A DNA stretch of 64,000 nucleotides from an uncultured Collinsella sp. (lineage in GTDB: Bacteria > Actinomycetota > Coriobacteriia > Coriobacteriales > Coriobacteriaceae), in NCBI GenBank assembly GCA_902490305.1, contig CABUDI010000004.1, positions 35,085 to 99,084 of the forward strand, in the 5' to 3' direction. This document shows positions 29,762 through 37,906 of this stretch, in pieces. The notes under the pieces are model-generated. The model was not told where the DNA came from. It did no database searches and saw only the letters and a program-made list of their open reading frames with translations. Both the position numbers and the translations under genes were made by a program. Position 1 is the first letter of the stretch; every line of letters starts with the position of its first letter.

Positions 29762-31279
29762 ATGGCGCTCTATCTGGGTATTGATATTGGGACAAGCGCC
29801 TCTAAAGGCGTTTTAATCGATGATCGATGCAACATCGTTTGCCAAGCCTCTTGTGGACATGAGACGGACAATCCGTGTGACGGATGGTACCAGCATGATG
29901 CGGAGGCAGTTTGGTGGGGCGATTTTTGCCGCTTGTCGCGCGAGCTGGTGGCGCGATCGGGGGTTAACGCGGCACAGATCGGATGCGTGGGCCTTTCCGC
30001 ATTGGGTTGTGACTGTGTGCCGGTCGATACCGAGTGCAACGCGCTGGCGCCCGCGATTTTGTATGGAGTCGATGCGCGTTCGAAGCCGCAGATTGACGAG
30101 CTTCTTTCCGAATATGGGTCAGATCGCGCACGCGAGCTTTTCGGGCACGATCCCTGTTCGTCAGATATTGCTCCTAAGATCTTGTGGTTTAAGGAGAATA
30201 TGCCCGAGGTGCACGAACGTGCCGCGAAGTTCCTGACGGCGTCGTCGTTTCTATGCGCAAAGTTGACGGGGCGTTTTACGGTGGACCGTTATTTGGCGGA
30301 GGATTTTCTTCCCCTATACGACCGCTTTACTTGGAAGGTTGATGCTCGGGAATGTGCTCGTTTCTGCCGGCCTGACCAGATGGCGGAGGTAATGTCGGCT
30401 ACTGATATTGCCGGGGTGATTACGCAGCGTGCGGCTGAGGCGACGGGGCTCGCGGCAGGGACACCTGTCTTAGTGGGAACGGGCGACTCTGGTGCCGAGG
30501 CCATTTCGACGGGTGTATTCCGTCCCGGCGATATGATGGTTCAGTTGGGGAGCACGGCGTATTTCATCTACCTAGCTGATCATATGATTGATGATGCCCG
30601 CCTGTGGCCGGGGACGTTTATCATTCCCGGAACTTACGGGATCTGCGCGGGGACCAATACGGCGGGTGCGCTCACATCGTGGCTGCGCCAAGAGCTGTAT
30701 CGCGACGCCGTAGAGGCCGAGGGCCACGGTGGCCCCGATGCATATACGGTTATGGCGCATGATGCCGCCGGTGTGGCGCCGGGTGCCGATGGGCTCCTGT
30801 GCCTGCCGTACTTTGCGGGGGAGCGTACTCCGCTCAACGATCCCGAGGCGCGCGGCGTCTTCTTTGGCCTGACCGGAAGGCATACGCGAGCCCATATGGT
30901 TCGCGCCGCCTTGGAAGGCGTCGCGTATACCGTTGCATCCCATGTCGACATTATCGAGCGAGAGCATAGACTGCCAATTGGGCGCATTATGCTTGTCGGA
31001 GGTGGAACCAAAAATCCAGTTTGGATGCAGGCCATCGCCGACGTATGCGGGCGCGAGGTCTCGGTTGCCAAGGTTACGGTGGGCGCATGCTTCGGTGATG
31101 CCATCATGGCAGCTCTCGCAGGTGGCGCCTATGCATCATGGGATGAGCTCGCCCAAGTCCTTGGCGTTGCGCAAACAATCGTGCCCGATATGGCTGCCCA
31201 CGAGTTATATGCGTCGCGTCGTCATATCTTTGACGAATTGTATGCACGTAACCGTGATCTCATGCACGAATTGGTGTAA
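29762..31279 (+). CDS. FGGY-family carbohydrate kinase (xylulokinase-like)
   Basis: LGIDIGTSASK, APKILW, LPYFAGERTP..DPEARG, VGGGTKN. Confidence 0.92.
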   Translation: MALYLGIDIGTSASKGVLIDDRCNIVCQASCGHETDNPCDGWYQHDAEAVWWGDFCRLSRELVARSGVNAAQIGCVGLSALGCDCVPVDTECNALAPAILYGVDARSKPQIDELLSEYGSDRARELFGHDPCSSDIAPKILWFKENMPEVHERAAKFLTASSFLCAKLTGRFTVDRYLAEDFLPLYDRFTWKVDARECARFCRPDQMAEVMSATDIAGVITQRAAEATGLAAGTPVLVGTGDSGAEAISTGVFRPGDMMVQLGSTAYFIYLADHMIDDARLWPGTFIIPGTYGICAGTNTAGALTSWLRQELYRDAVEAEGHGGPDAYTVMAHDAAGVAPGADGLLCLPYFAGERTPLNDPEARGVFFGLTGRHTRAHMVRAALEGVAYTVASHVDIIEREHRLPIGRIMLVGGGTKNPVWMQAIADVCGREVSVAKVTVGACFGDAIMAALAGGAYASWDELAQVLGVAQTIVPDMAAHELYASRRHIFDELYARNRDLMHELV

Positions 31280-31358
31280 TGCTGTCGAACTGTACTGCCT
31301 TCCAATAGGGACTGCGTTGTGCGATTCGCATGTTCCTTGGCATTTTTGCCCACAGGGG

Positions 31359-32141
31359 TTAGCGAAGGTCAAATACAGAGCGCGCATTTGCTAAAACTGC
31401 CGACTCAATGCGCTTTGCATCGCAGTTTTTGAGCGAGGCAATGCGCATCGAGGTCCTTGTGAGCGATCTGATGAGCGATTGCGCGCTTGTTTCTGTGTTT
31501 GGCTCGGCCGGCGCATCGGTCTCGAGCAGTAAACGGTCGGGTGGAATCTGTCGGGCATATTCGCGACCACGTTTAGACGCAAGCATGCGTTCGTTGACGG
31601 AAAAAATACAGCCCGCATCACGCGCGCGGGCGAGTTCGTCCGAAGTGCCGCTAAACCAGTGGAAGATGATAACGGGGAAGTCGGAGTTTGGGATGAGTAA
31701 TCCATGCGATTCGAGGACGTCCAGTACGGTTCCCGCCGAACGAACGGCGTGAATTGATATCACGCGCCCGGTAAGTGGATGCTGCACGAGTGTATCGCAG
31801 AGCCGGTCAAATGCCTGTATTTGTAGCGGCTCACTTCCGGCAAAACGAGCGGAAAAGTCGAGCCCGACCTCGCCAACAAAACGCTCCTGCGCGGCAATTC
31901 GGCAGAGTAGGTCAATTTCTGCGTTGCCGCATCGCTCGTCGGCGAGCCACCAGGGATGGAGGCCGACGCCCTTGATGACGGTAGGAGGGCGACGGGTTCG
32001 CCCATGTGCGTTAGCGAAGTCGCGTGGATCGACGCCGCAATCAAATAGACCCAAGCCCAGTGCCGTTGCCTCATCAGCAACGGCGTCCGGGTGAGCCATT
32101 AAATCAAGATGGCAGTGTGCATCAAATAATCGGGGCTCCAT
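31359..32141 (-). CDS. tatD: TatD family hydrolase
   Basis: FDAHCHLD, GLHPW, VGEVGLD, IFHWFSG, LLETDAP. Confidence 0.88.
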   Translation of the reverse strand: MEPRLFDAHCHLDLMAHPDAVADEATALGLGLFDCGVDPRDFANAHGRTRRPPTVIKGVGLHPWWLADERCGNAEIDLLCRIAAQERFVGEVGLDFSARFAGSEPLQIQAFDRLCDTLVQHPLTGRVISIHAVRSAGTVLDVLESHGLLIPNSDFPVIIFHWFSGTSDELARARDAGCIFSVNERMLASKRGREYARQIPPDRLLLETDAPAEPNTETSAQSLIRSLTRTSMRIASLKNCDAKRIESAVLANARSVFDLR

Positions 32142-32155
32142 CTCGGCGCGCTCCG

Positions 32156-32959
32156 CTAGTCCAAGCGCTGGCCATCGGCGCGCACGCGCTCGGTACCGCG
32201 GCCACTGATCTGGCGGATAACCTCGCCGGCGATCATCTGACCCATGATGGGCGGCATAAAGCTGGCGGTTCCCAGCTCGGTGCGCTCGTGGATGTTGGAA
32301 GGATCGCGGGGCTGTGTCTTAACCGATTCCTCGCAGCTAAACAGTACATGCAGGCTCTTGATTCCGCGCTTCTTGCATTCTTTGCGCATAATGCGGCTCA
32401 TGGGGTCACGCACCGTATCGAAGATGTCGGCAAAGCGGAGGCACTCGGGATGGAGCTTGTTGGCCCCGCCCATGGAGCTAACCAAACGAATGCCGTGGTC
32501 CTGAGCGTATTTGGCAATGGTGAGCTTGGCCGAGATGGTGTCGATGGCGTCGACGACGTAGTCGAGCTTGCCGTCCGTCTGCTCCAAAACGCTCGCGAAG
32601 AAATCATCGATGTTGTCGCTCAGCAAGTATTCGGTGCGCTTGATGACGGTGGCGGCGGGATTGATGTCGTGGATCATGGCCTCCATCACGTCCACTTTGC
32701 GCTTGCCGACGGTGCTGTGAAAGGCGATGGCCTGGCGATTGATATTGCTTGGAGCGATGATGTCCTTGTCAAGAATGACGAAATGACAAATGCCGCCGCG
32801 GGCAAGTGCCTCGCAGCAATTGGAGCCCACACCTCCGCAGCCGAGCACCAACACCGTGGCGTTGGCGAGTTTATTAAGTGCCTCGCGGCCCATGATGATC
32901 TCGAGCTTGGTGTCGCGTGTCTCGTTGGGAGTTGCGGCTGTGGTTTCAGTCATAGACAT
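32156..32959 (-). CDS. tcdA: tRNA threonylcarbamoyladenosine dehydratase (ThiF family)
   Basis: LGCGGVGS, SNINRQ, VVDAIDT, SSMGGANK. Confidence 0.88.
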   Translation of the reverse strand: MSMTETTAATPNETRDTKLEIIMGREALNKLANATVLVLGCGGVGSNCCEALARGGICHFVILDKDIIAPSNINRQAIAFHSTVGKRKVDVMEAMIHDINPAATVIKRTEYLLSDNIDDFFASVLEQTDGKLDYVVDAIDTISAKLTIAKYAQDHGIRLVSSMGGANKLHPECLRFADIFDTVRDPMSRIMRKECKKRGIKSLHVLFSCEESVKTQPRDPSNIHERTELGTASFMPPIMGQMIAGEVIRQISGRGTERVRADGQRLD

Positions 32960-33040
32960 CCTCCGATGGGGAAGCGAATCGTGTTTTAGCTATCGCCATT
33001 ATAGGTATTATCGCGATTCCATTTGAGCCCTAGGGGCTTG

Positions 33041-33168
33041 TTGAAATGAGGCAGAGATTCGCATAAGATGAAGCAGATGGCACCCGTTGCCGCGGGTTGG
33101 CCAACTCCCAAACACGTTTGTAGCGTGAGAAGTGGCCGTCTTCGCATTACGCGGGGGCGGCTATTTCA
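33041..33168 (+). ncRNA. Candidate antisense (antitoxin) RNA of about 90-95 nt, including its promoter
   Basis: TTGAAA(33041)-N17-TAAGAT(33064) promoter; hairpin TGGCCGTCTTCGC-ATTAC-GCGGGGGCGGCTA-TTT at 33133-33166 pairs well (via G-U) only on the + strand. Confidence 0.6.
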
Positions 33169-33247
33169 TTCGACCTCCAATGTGGATGCCGAGCTCCACA
33201 GCCGCGATTACAAGCAACAACAACGTCAGGACATCGTCAATACTCAT
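33161..33247 (-). CDS. 28-aa hydrophobic peptide, candidate type I toxin (MSIDDVLTLLLLVIAAVELGIHIGGRMK)
   Basis: Not in the ORF track; AAGGAG RBS at 33260-33255; single TM helix with basic C-terminus; stop followed by CCGCCC. Confidence 0.75.
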   Translation of the reverse strand: MSIDDVLTLLLLVIAAVELGIHIGGRMK

Positions 33248-33298
33248 AGTCCATCTCCTTCTTGGGTAGAGGGAGCTGGCCCATCTGCTTCAACTTCC

Positions 33299-33326
33299 AT
33301 TGTAGCTAAATACGAACGAATGTTCT
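33299..33326 (-). promoter_or_regulatory. Promoter -10 (TACAAT) plus LexA box for the small peptide gene
   Basis: CGAAC-GAAT-GTTCT at 33313-33326 covers the -35/spacer region of TACAAT (33304-33299). Confidence 0.65.
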
Positions 33327-33413
33327 ATAGATGTTACTGTTTTAGATAATTAGACAAACATCTACATATCGAGTATAGTGTGCGCGTCATGAGAGATGAT
33401 GAGAGGAGGTCTT

Positions 33414-33692
33414 ATGCCGGGAGAGGGTTTTAAGGCGCTGGCCGATCCTACGCGGCGGCGCATTTTGGAACTGCTGCGCGAGGGCAATTGCACGGCCGGG
33501 GAGCTTGCCGAGCATTTTGACATCAGCAAGCCGTCATTGAGCCATCACTTGGCGACGCTCAAAAACGCCGGGTTGGTGACCGACGAGCGCCATGGCCAAA
33601 ACATCGTATACAGCTTAAACAGCACCGTCATGCAGGACTTGATCGGTTGGTTTATGGGCTTTACAAACACGGAAGGTGATAAGGATGAATAA
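33414..33692 (+). CDS. ArsR-family autorepressor (SdpR-like)
   Basis: FKALADPTRRRILELL, ISKPSLSHHL, ERHGQNIVYSLN; TAGA-N6-TCTA palindrome at 33351-33364. Confidence 0.9.
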   Translation: MPGEGFKALADPTRRRILELLREGNCTAGELAEHFDISKPSLSHHLATLKNAGLVTDERHGQNIVYSLNSTVMQDLIGWFMGFTNTEGDKDE

Positions 33693-34389
33693 CGAAAACA
33701 AGGGCATTCACCCCACGGGGGTATCGTCGCGCGTGTGGATTGCGCTGGTCGTTCTGTGCGTCGCCAATGTCGTAGCGCATCTCTGGGTGATGCCGAGCTT
33801 GCCGGCGCAGATTCCCACGCACTGGGGAGCGAGCGGCGCCGTCGACGGTTGGGGTCCCAGTTGGATGGCCTCCGCGCTCGGCGCGTTGCCGCTGGTGTTT
33901 CTCGCGATGTTCTACGTGGTGCCGCGCGTCGACCCCAAGGGCGAGGCGTATCGAACCTCGGGCAAGTTCTATCAGGGCTACGTAATCGCCTTCACCTTGT
34001 TCATGTGCGCCATAAGCTGGCTGGGAGAGCTCACGGTGTGGGGCGTGGTGCCGGCGGTCGGTTCGGTCAACGTGCTGATTTCCGGTGTTGTCGGTTTGCT
34101 GTTCATCGGCGTAGGCAACTACTTGCCGCGTGTGAAGCAGAACTATACGCTCGGTATCAAGACGCCCTGGGCGCTTGCCGATCCCGAGAACTGGCGCCGT
34201 ACGCAGCGCTTTGGCGGTGCCTGCTTTATGGTGCTGGGTGCTGGCCTCATCGTAATGGGCGTGGCAGGTGCGGTGCTTTCGAGTGAAGTCGTCGCCGCGG
34301 TGATTGCGGTGCTGGCGTTTGGTTCGGCCGGAGCCGTCTACGTCTACTCGTATCTGCTGTGGCGCAAATCGCAGCGAGCCGCTCGCTAA
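33685..34389 (+). CDS. SdpI-family membrane immunity protein (DUF1648 + SdpI)
   Basis: LPAQIPTHW..SGAVDGW, GNYLPRVKQNYTLGIKTPWAL..ENWRRTQRFGG. Confidence 0.9.
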   Translation: MNNENKGIHPTGVSSRVWIALVVLCVANVVAHLWVMPSLPAQIPTHWGASGAVDGWGPSWMASALGALPLVFLAMFYVVPRVDPKGEAYRTSGKFYQGYVIAFTLFMCAISWLGELTVWGVVPAVGSVNVLISGVVGLLFIGVGNYLPRVKQNYTLGIKTPWALADPENWRRTQRFGGACFMVLGAGLIVMGVAGAVLSSEVVAAVIAVLAFGSAGAVYVYSYLLWRKSQRAAR

Positions 34390-34573
34390 GGTTGCGGAAA
34401 ACTAGCGTACGCAGTTCATAGTATGTTCCGGGGGACTTTTCCCAGGTAGTATTAGGGGGTATGGGCAACCATGCCCCTTTTTCGTTAAGTTTCAGAGCTG
34501 GTTTCCTCATTTCGTTTCCACTAAAGCGAAACAAGAATAGGGAAACAGCAGGTAGAAAGGATAAAACAGGCAA

Positions 34574-36253
34574 ATGGCAGAGTTTATCTACCAGATGTAT
34601 CAGGCTCGTAAGGCCCATGGCGACAAGGTAATCCTTGACGACGTGACCCTGAGCTTCTACCCCGGTGCCAAGATCGGTGTTGTGGGTCCCAACGGCATGG
34701 GCAAGTCGACCCTGCTCAAGATTATGGCCGGCATCGAGGAGGTCTCCAACGGTGATGCCAAGCTCACCCCCGGCTACACCGTGGGCATCCTGCAGCAGGA
34801 GCCGCCGCTCGACGACGACAAGACCGTCATCGAGAACGTGCGCATGGCATTTGGCGACATGATCGCCAAGGTCGATCGCTTCAACAAGATCGGCGAGGAG
34901 ATGTGCGACCCGGATTGCGACATGGACGCCCTCATGGCCGAGATGGGCAAGCTCCAGGACGAGATTGACGCCGCCGACGGCTGGGATATCGATTCCAAGC
35001 TCGGCCAGGCCATGGACGCCCTGCAGCTGCCCGATTCCGACATGCCGGTCAACGTGCTTTCCGGCGGCGAGTGCCGTCGCGTGGCCCTGTGCAAGCTGCT
35101 GCTCGAGGCTCCCGACCTGCTGCTGCTCGACGAGCCTACGAACCACCTGGACGCCGAGTCGATCCTGTGGCTCGAGCACTTCCTGCACAACTACCAGGGC
35201 GCGGTGCTTGCCGTCACACACGATCGCTACTTCCTGGATAACGTTGCCGAGTGGATCTGCGAGGTCGACCGCGGTCACCTCTATCCCTACAAGGGCAACT
35301 ACTCCACGTATCTGGAGACCAAGGCCGCGCGTATCGAGGCGCAGGGTAACCGCGACGCCAAGCTCGCCAAGCGCATGGAGGCCGAGCTCGAGTGGGTACG
35401 CAGCTCACCCAAGGCTCGCCAGGCAAAGAACAAGGCCCGTCTGGCTCGCTACGAGGAGATGGAGGCCGAGGCCCGCGCAAGCCAGAAGCTCGACTGGACC
35501 GACATCCGCATCCCCGTGGGCCCGCGTCTGGGCAACAAGGTGCTCGAGGCCCATCACCTGCACAAGGAGTTCGATGGCCGTGTGCTCATCGATGACCTTT
35601 CGTTTACCCTGCCGCGCAACGGCATCGTGGGCGTCATCGGCCCCAACGGCGTGGGCAAGACTACGCTCTTCAAGACCATCGTGGGTCTGGAGCCGCTGAC
35701 TTCGGGCGAGCTCGAGGTGGGCGAGACCGTCAAGATCTCCTATGTCGACCAGAACCGTTCCGGCATCGACCCCGACAAGAACCTGTGGGAGGTCGTCTCG
35801 GATGGCCTGGACCACATGATGGTCGGCGAGACCGAGGTTCCGAGCCGCGCGTACGTGGCGAGCTTTGGCTTTAAGGGCCAGGACCAGCAGAAGCGCGCTG
35901 GCGTACTCTCCGGTGGCGAGCGCAACCGTCTGAACCTGGCGCTCACGCTCAAACAGGGCGGCAACCTGCTGCTCCTCGACGAGCCCACGAACGACCTCGA
36001 CGTCGAGACGCTGTCCTCGCTCGAAGCGGCGCTGCTCGAGTTTCCGGGCTGCTCTGTGGTCATTAGCCACGACCGTATGTTCCTGGACCGCGTCGCCACG
36101 CACATTCTGGCGTGGGAGGGCACCGACGAGAATCCGGGCAACTGGTATTGGTTCGAGGGCAACTTCGAGGCCTATCAGGCCAACCGCATCGAGCGCCTGG
36201 GCGAGGACGCAGCCCAGCCGCATCGTATTCACCGCAAGCTGACGCGTGACTAA
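34574..36253 (+). CDS. ettA: Energy-dependent translational throttle protein (ABC-F)
   Basis: MAEFIYQM, SFYPGAKIGVVGPNGMGKST, two ABC domains, ELEWVRSSPKARQAKNKARL. Confidence 0.95.
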   Translation: MAEFIYQMYQARKAHGDKVILDDVTLSFYPGAKIGVVGPNGMGKSTLLKIMAGIEEVSNGDAKLTPGYTVGILQQEPPLDDDKTVIENVRMAFGDMIAKVDRFNKIGEEMCDPDCDMDALMAEMGKLQDEIDAADGWDIDSKLGQAMDALQLPDSDMPVNVLSGGECRRVALCKLLLEAPDLLLLDEPTNHLDAESILWLEHFLHNYQGAVLAVTHDRYFLDNVAEWICEVDRGHLYPYKGNYSTYLETKAARIEAQGNRDAKLAKRMEAELEWVRSSPKARQAKNKARLARYEEMEAEARASQKLDWTDIRIPVGPRLGNKVLEAHHLHKEFDGRVLIDDLSFTLPRNGIVGVIGPNGVGKTTLFKTIVGLEPLTSGELEVGETVKISYVDQNRSGIDPDKNLWEVVSDGLDHMMVGETEVPSRAYVASFGFKGQDQQKRAGVLSGGERNRLNLALTLKQGGNLLLLDEPTNDLDVETLSSLEAALLEFPGCSVVISHDRMFLDRVATHILAWEGTDENPGNWYWFEGNFEAYQANRIERLGEDAAQPHRIHRKLTRD

Positions 36254-36256
36254 TTT

Positions 36257-36284
36257 GTTACGCGGTTTTACCAAACCGCGTAAC
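36257..36284. repeat. Short hairpin repeat family C (GTTACGCGGTTT..AAACCGCGT)
   Basis: Directly after the ettA stop; second copy at 45946-45970 directly after the dapH stop. Confidence 0.7.
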
Positions 36285-36295
36285 TGCTCGACGCT

Positions 36296-36402
36296 GCGCG
36301 GGCCGCAAGCACCCCATCTTGCTGTTCAAACCGTCGCTCGCGTACCCGAAGTACGCGTCGCTCCTCTTTCACGGCAACCTGGGGCACTTGCGGCCCGCTC
36401 GC
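36296..36402. repeat. ~105-bp structured intergenic repeat family D, copy 1
   Basis: Core ACCCCATCTTG..CGTCGCTCGCGTACCC(G)AAGTACGC(G/T)TCGCTCCTCTTTC..CAACCTGGG recurs inverted at 62606-62705. Confidence 0.85.
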
Positions 36403-36475
36403 TGTTGGTCACGAAACATCGATGAATGCTAATAAAAGCGGCTCAAATCCTAGTCGGGATTTGAGCCGCTTTTCG

Positions 36476-37768
36476 CTATTGTTCGGATTCTTCGACTTTG
36501 TCGATGGCCCAGGTGGCTCCGAGACCGCCGGTGGTGTTGCGGCGGATGCGCACGGTGACTTCGTGGCGCTCGCCGGCCTGCGTGTAGCGCAGAGGGAAGC
36601 TTGCGCGGTTTCGCGCGGCCTCGATGGTACCGCGCTCGCGGGCGATCCAGTAGTACTCGCCGACGATGCCGAGCGTGTCGGCGCCGTAGGGGAGATAGGT
36701 CGACAGCTGGTGCAGAAGCGGGCTGGGGCAGAAGACCTCGGTTGCGAAATCGACGGGGAAGTCCTTGGGGATGGCGGGCGCTGCAGGTGCGGGGGCTGGG
36801 GCCGCTGCGGGTGCCGAAGCCGGTGCCGGTGCGGGAATTTGGTCGCAAGCAGAGGTGGGCACGGATTCGATGACGGGTGCGGGGTCCGGAGTCGCCTCCG
36901 GCTTGTCCGCGGAATCTGCGGGCTTCACGATGGCGGGCGCGTCTGCAGCTGCAGTTTCAACCTCAACCTGCGCCGCGTTCTCGTTTTCGACGCTCGACTT
37001 TGCCTCGATGGGCGTGGATGCCATGGTAGTGATGCCGGCGTTGGCGTTCTCGGGGTCATAGACGACCGTGAGCGAGATGGCAGGCTGCGGCGTTTCGGGC
37101 TCCGGCGTCGACTCGGTAGCGTCTTGATCGTCGAGCTGATCGTCCTCGGCCTCGTCGCCAAAGACGTCGCCGTTTTGGAACGCAGGCGTCTCGGGTTGGT
37201 TGGCGGCTTCTTCGATTGTCGACTTGGGAGCCTCGTTGAGCTCAGCAGTGGCTTCCTGCTCGGATATGACTTTGGGATCGGTCATGGCGGCGATTTCGGT
37301 TTCGGCTTCTGCCGTTACCTCAATAGCGACTTTGATCTCCGTCTCGGGCTCGGGCTCCGGAGCGACTTCGGCCACGGGCTCGGCGCGCTTAACATGCTTG
37401 GGGCGCACGGCCTTGAGGTCCTTCTCACCGCGCTTTTTCTTTTTGTAGGACTGCTTAGTGCCCTTGGCTGCCTTGGGCTTGTCCTCGCCCTTGGCAAGGG
37501 CGGCATCCCAGGCATCGTTGGCGATGACGGTGGCATACAGGCGACCGCCCTTAAAGACGGTCAGCTTAATGCAGTCGTCGAGCTCCTCGAGCAGCTCGCG
37601 CGTGGACTCGAAGCCCAGGTCGTAAGCGGCCATGTCACCAGCGGTGAGTGCCTCCTCGACCTGCGTCATAAACGTTTGCTTGCCGCACCCAATCGCGTCG
37701 CGCAGCAGGCGATACAGATAGATGTGGTTGCCCAGCGAAAGCGTGGGCCTAACTATTGTCTTGCTCAT
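36476..37768 (-). CDS. Hypothetical protein: possible LOTUS/OST-HTH-like N-domain, long acidic Pro/Ala linker, globular C-domain
   Basis: DLGFESTRELLEELDDCIKL resembles the LOTUS motif; low-complexity middle; AAGAGGAG RBS. Confidence 0.65.
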   Translation of the reverse strand: MSKTIVRPTLSLGNHIYLYRLLRDAIGCGKQTFMTQVEEALTAGDMAAYDLGFESTRELLEELDDCIKLTVFKGGRLYATVIANDAWDAALAKGEDKPKAAKGTKQSYKKKKRGEKDLKAVRPKHVKRAEPVAEVAPEPEPETEIKVAIEVTAEAETEIAAMTDPKVISEQEATAELNEAPKSTIEEAANQPETPAFQNGDVFGDEAEDDQLDDQDATESTPEPETPQPAISLTVVYDPENANAGITTMASTPIEAKSSVENENAAQVEVETAAADAPAIVKPADSADKPEATPDPAPVIESVPTSACDQIPAPAPASAPAAAPAPAPAAPAIPKDFPVDFATEVFCPSPLLHQLSTYLPYGADTLGIVGEYYWIARERGTIEAARNRASFPLRYTQAGERHEVTVRIRRNTTGGLGATWAIDKVEESEQ

Positions 37769-37906
37769 GGCAAATCTCCTCTTTACACACCAAAGCATCT
37801 TACCATCGCGCGGGGCTTGCCATCTCGTCGCCCAAGGCAAACGGGCGCGACCGTTGCCGGTTCGCGCCCGTTATGCAGGTCGGTTATCTATGAGAGGCAA
37901 ACGTGC

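Noticed and set aside
33068..33349. 93-aa plus-strand ORF in the track
   Set aside because: No RBS or family motif; the region is better explained by the minus-strand peptide and its antisense RNA
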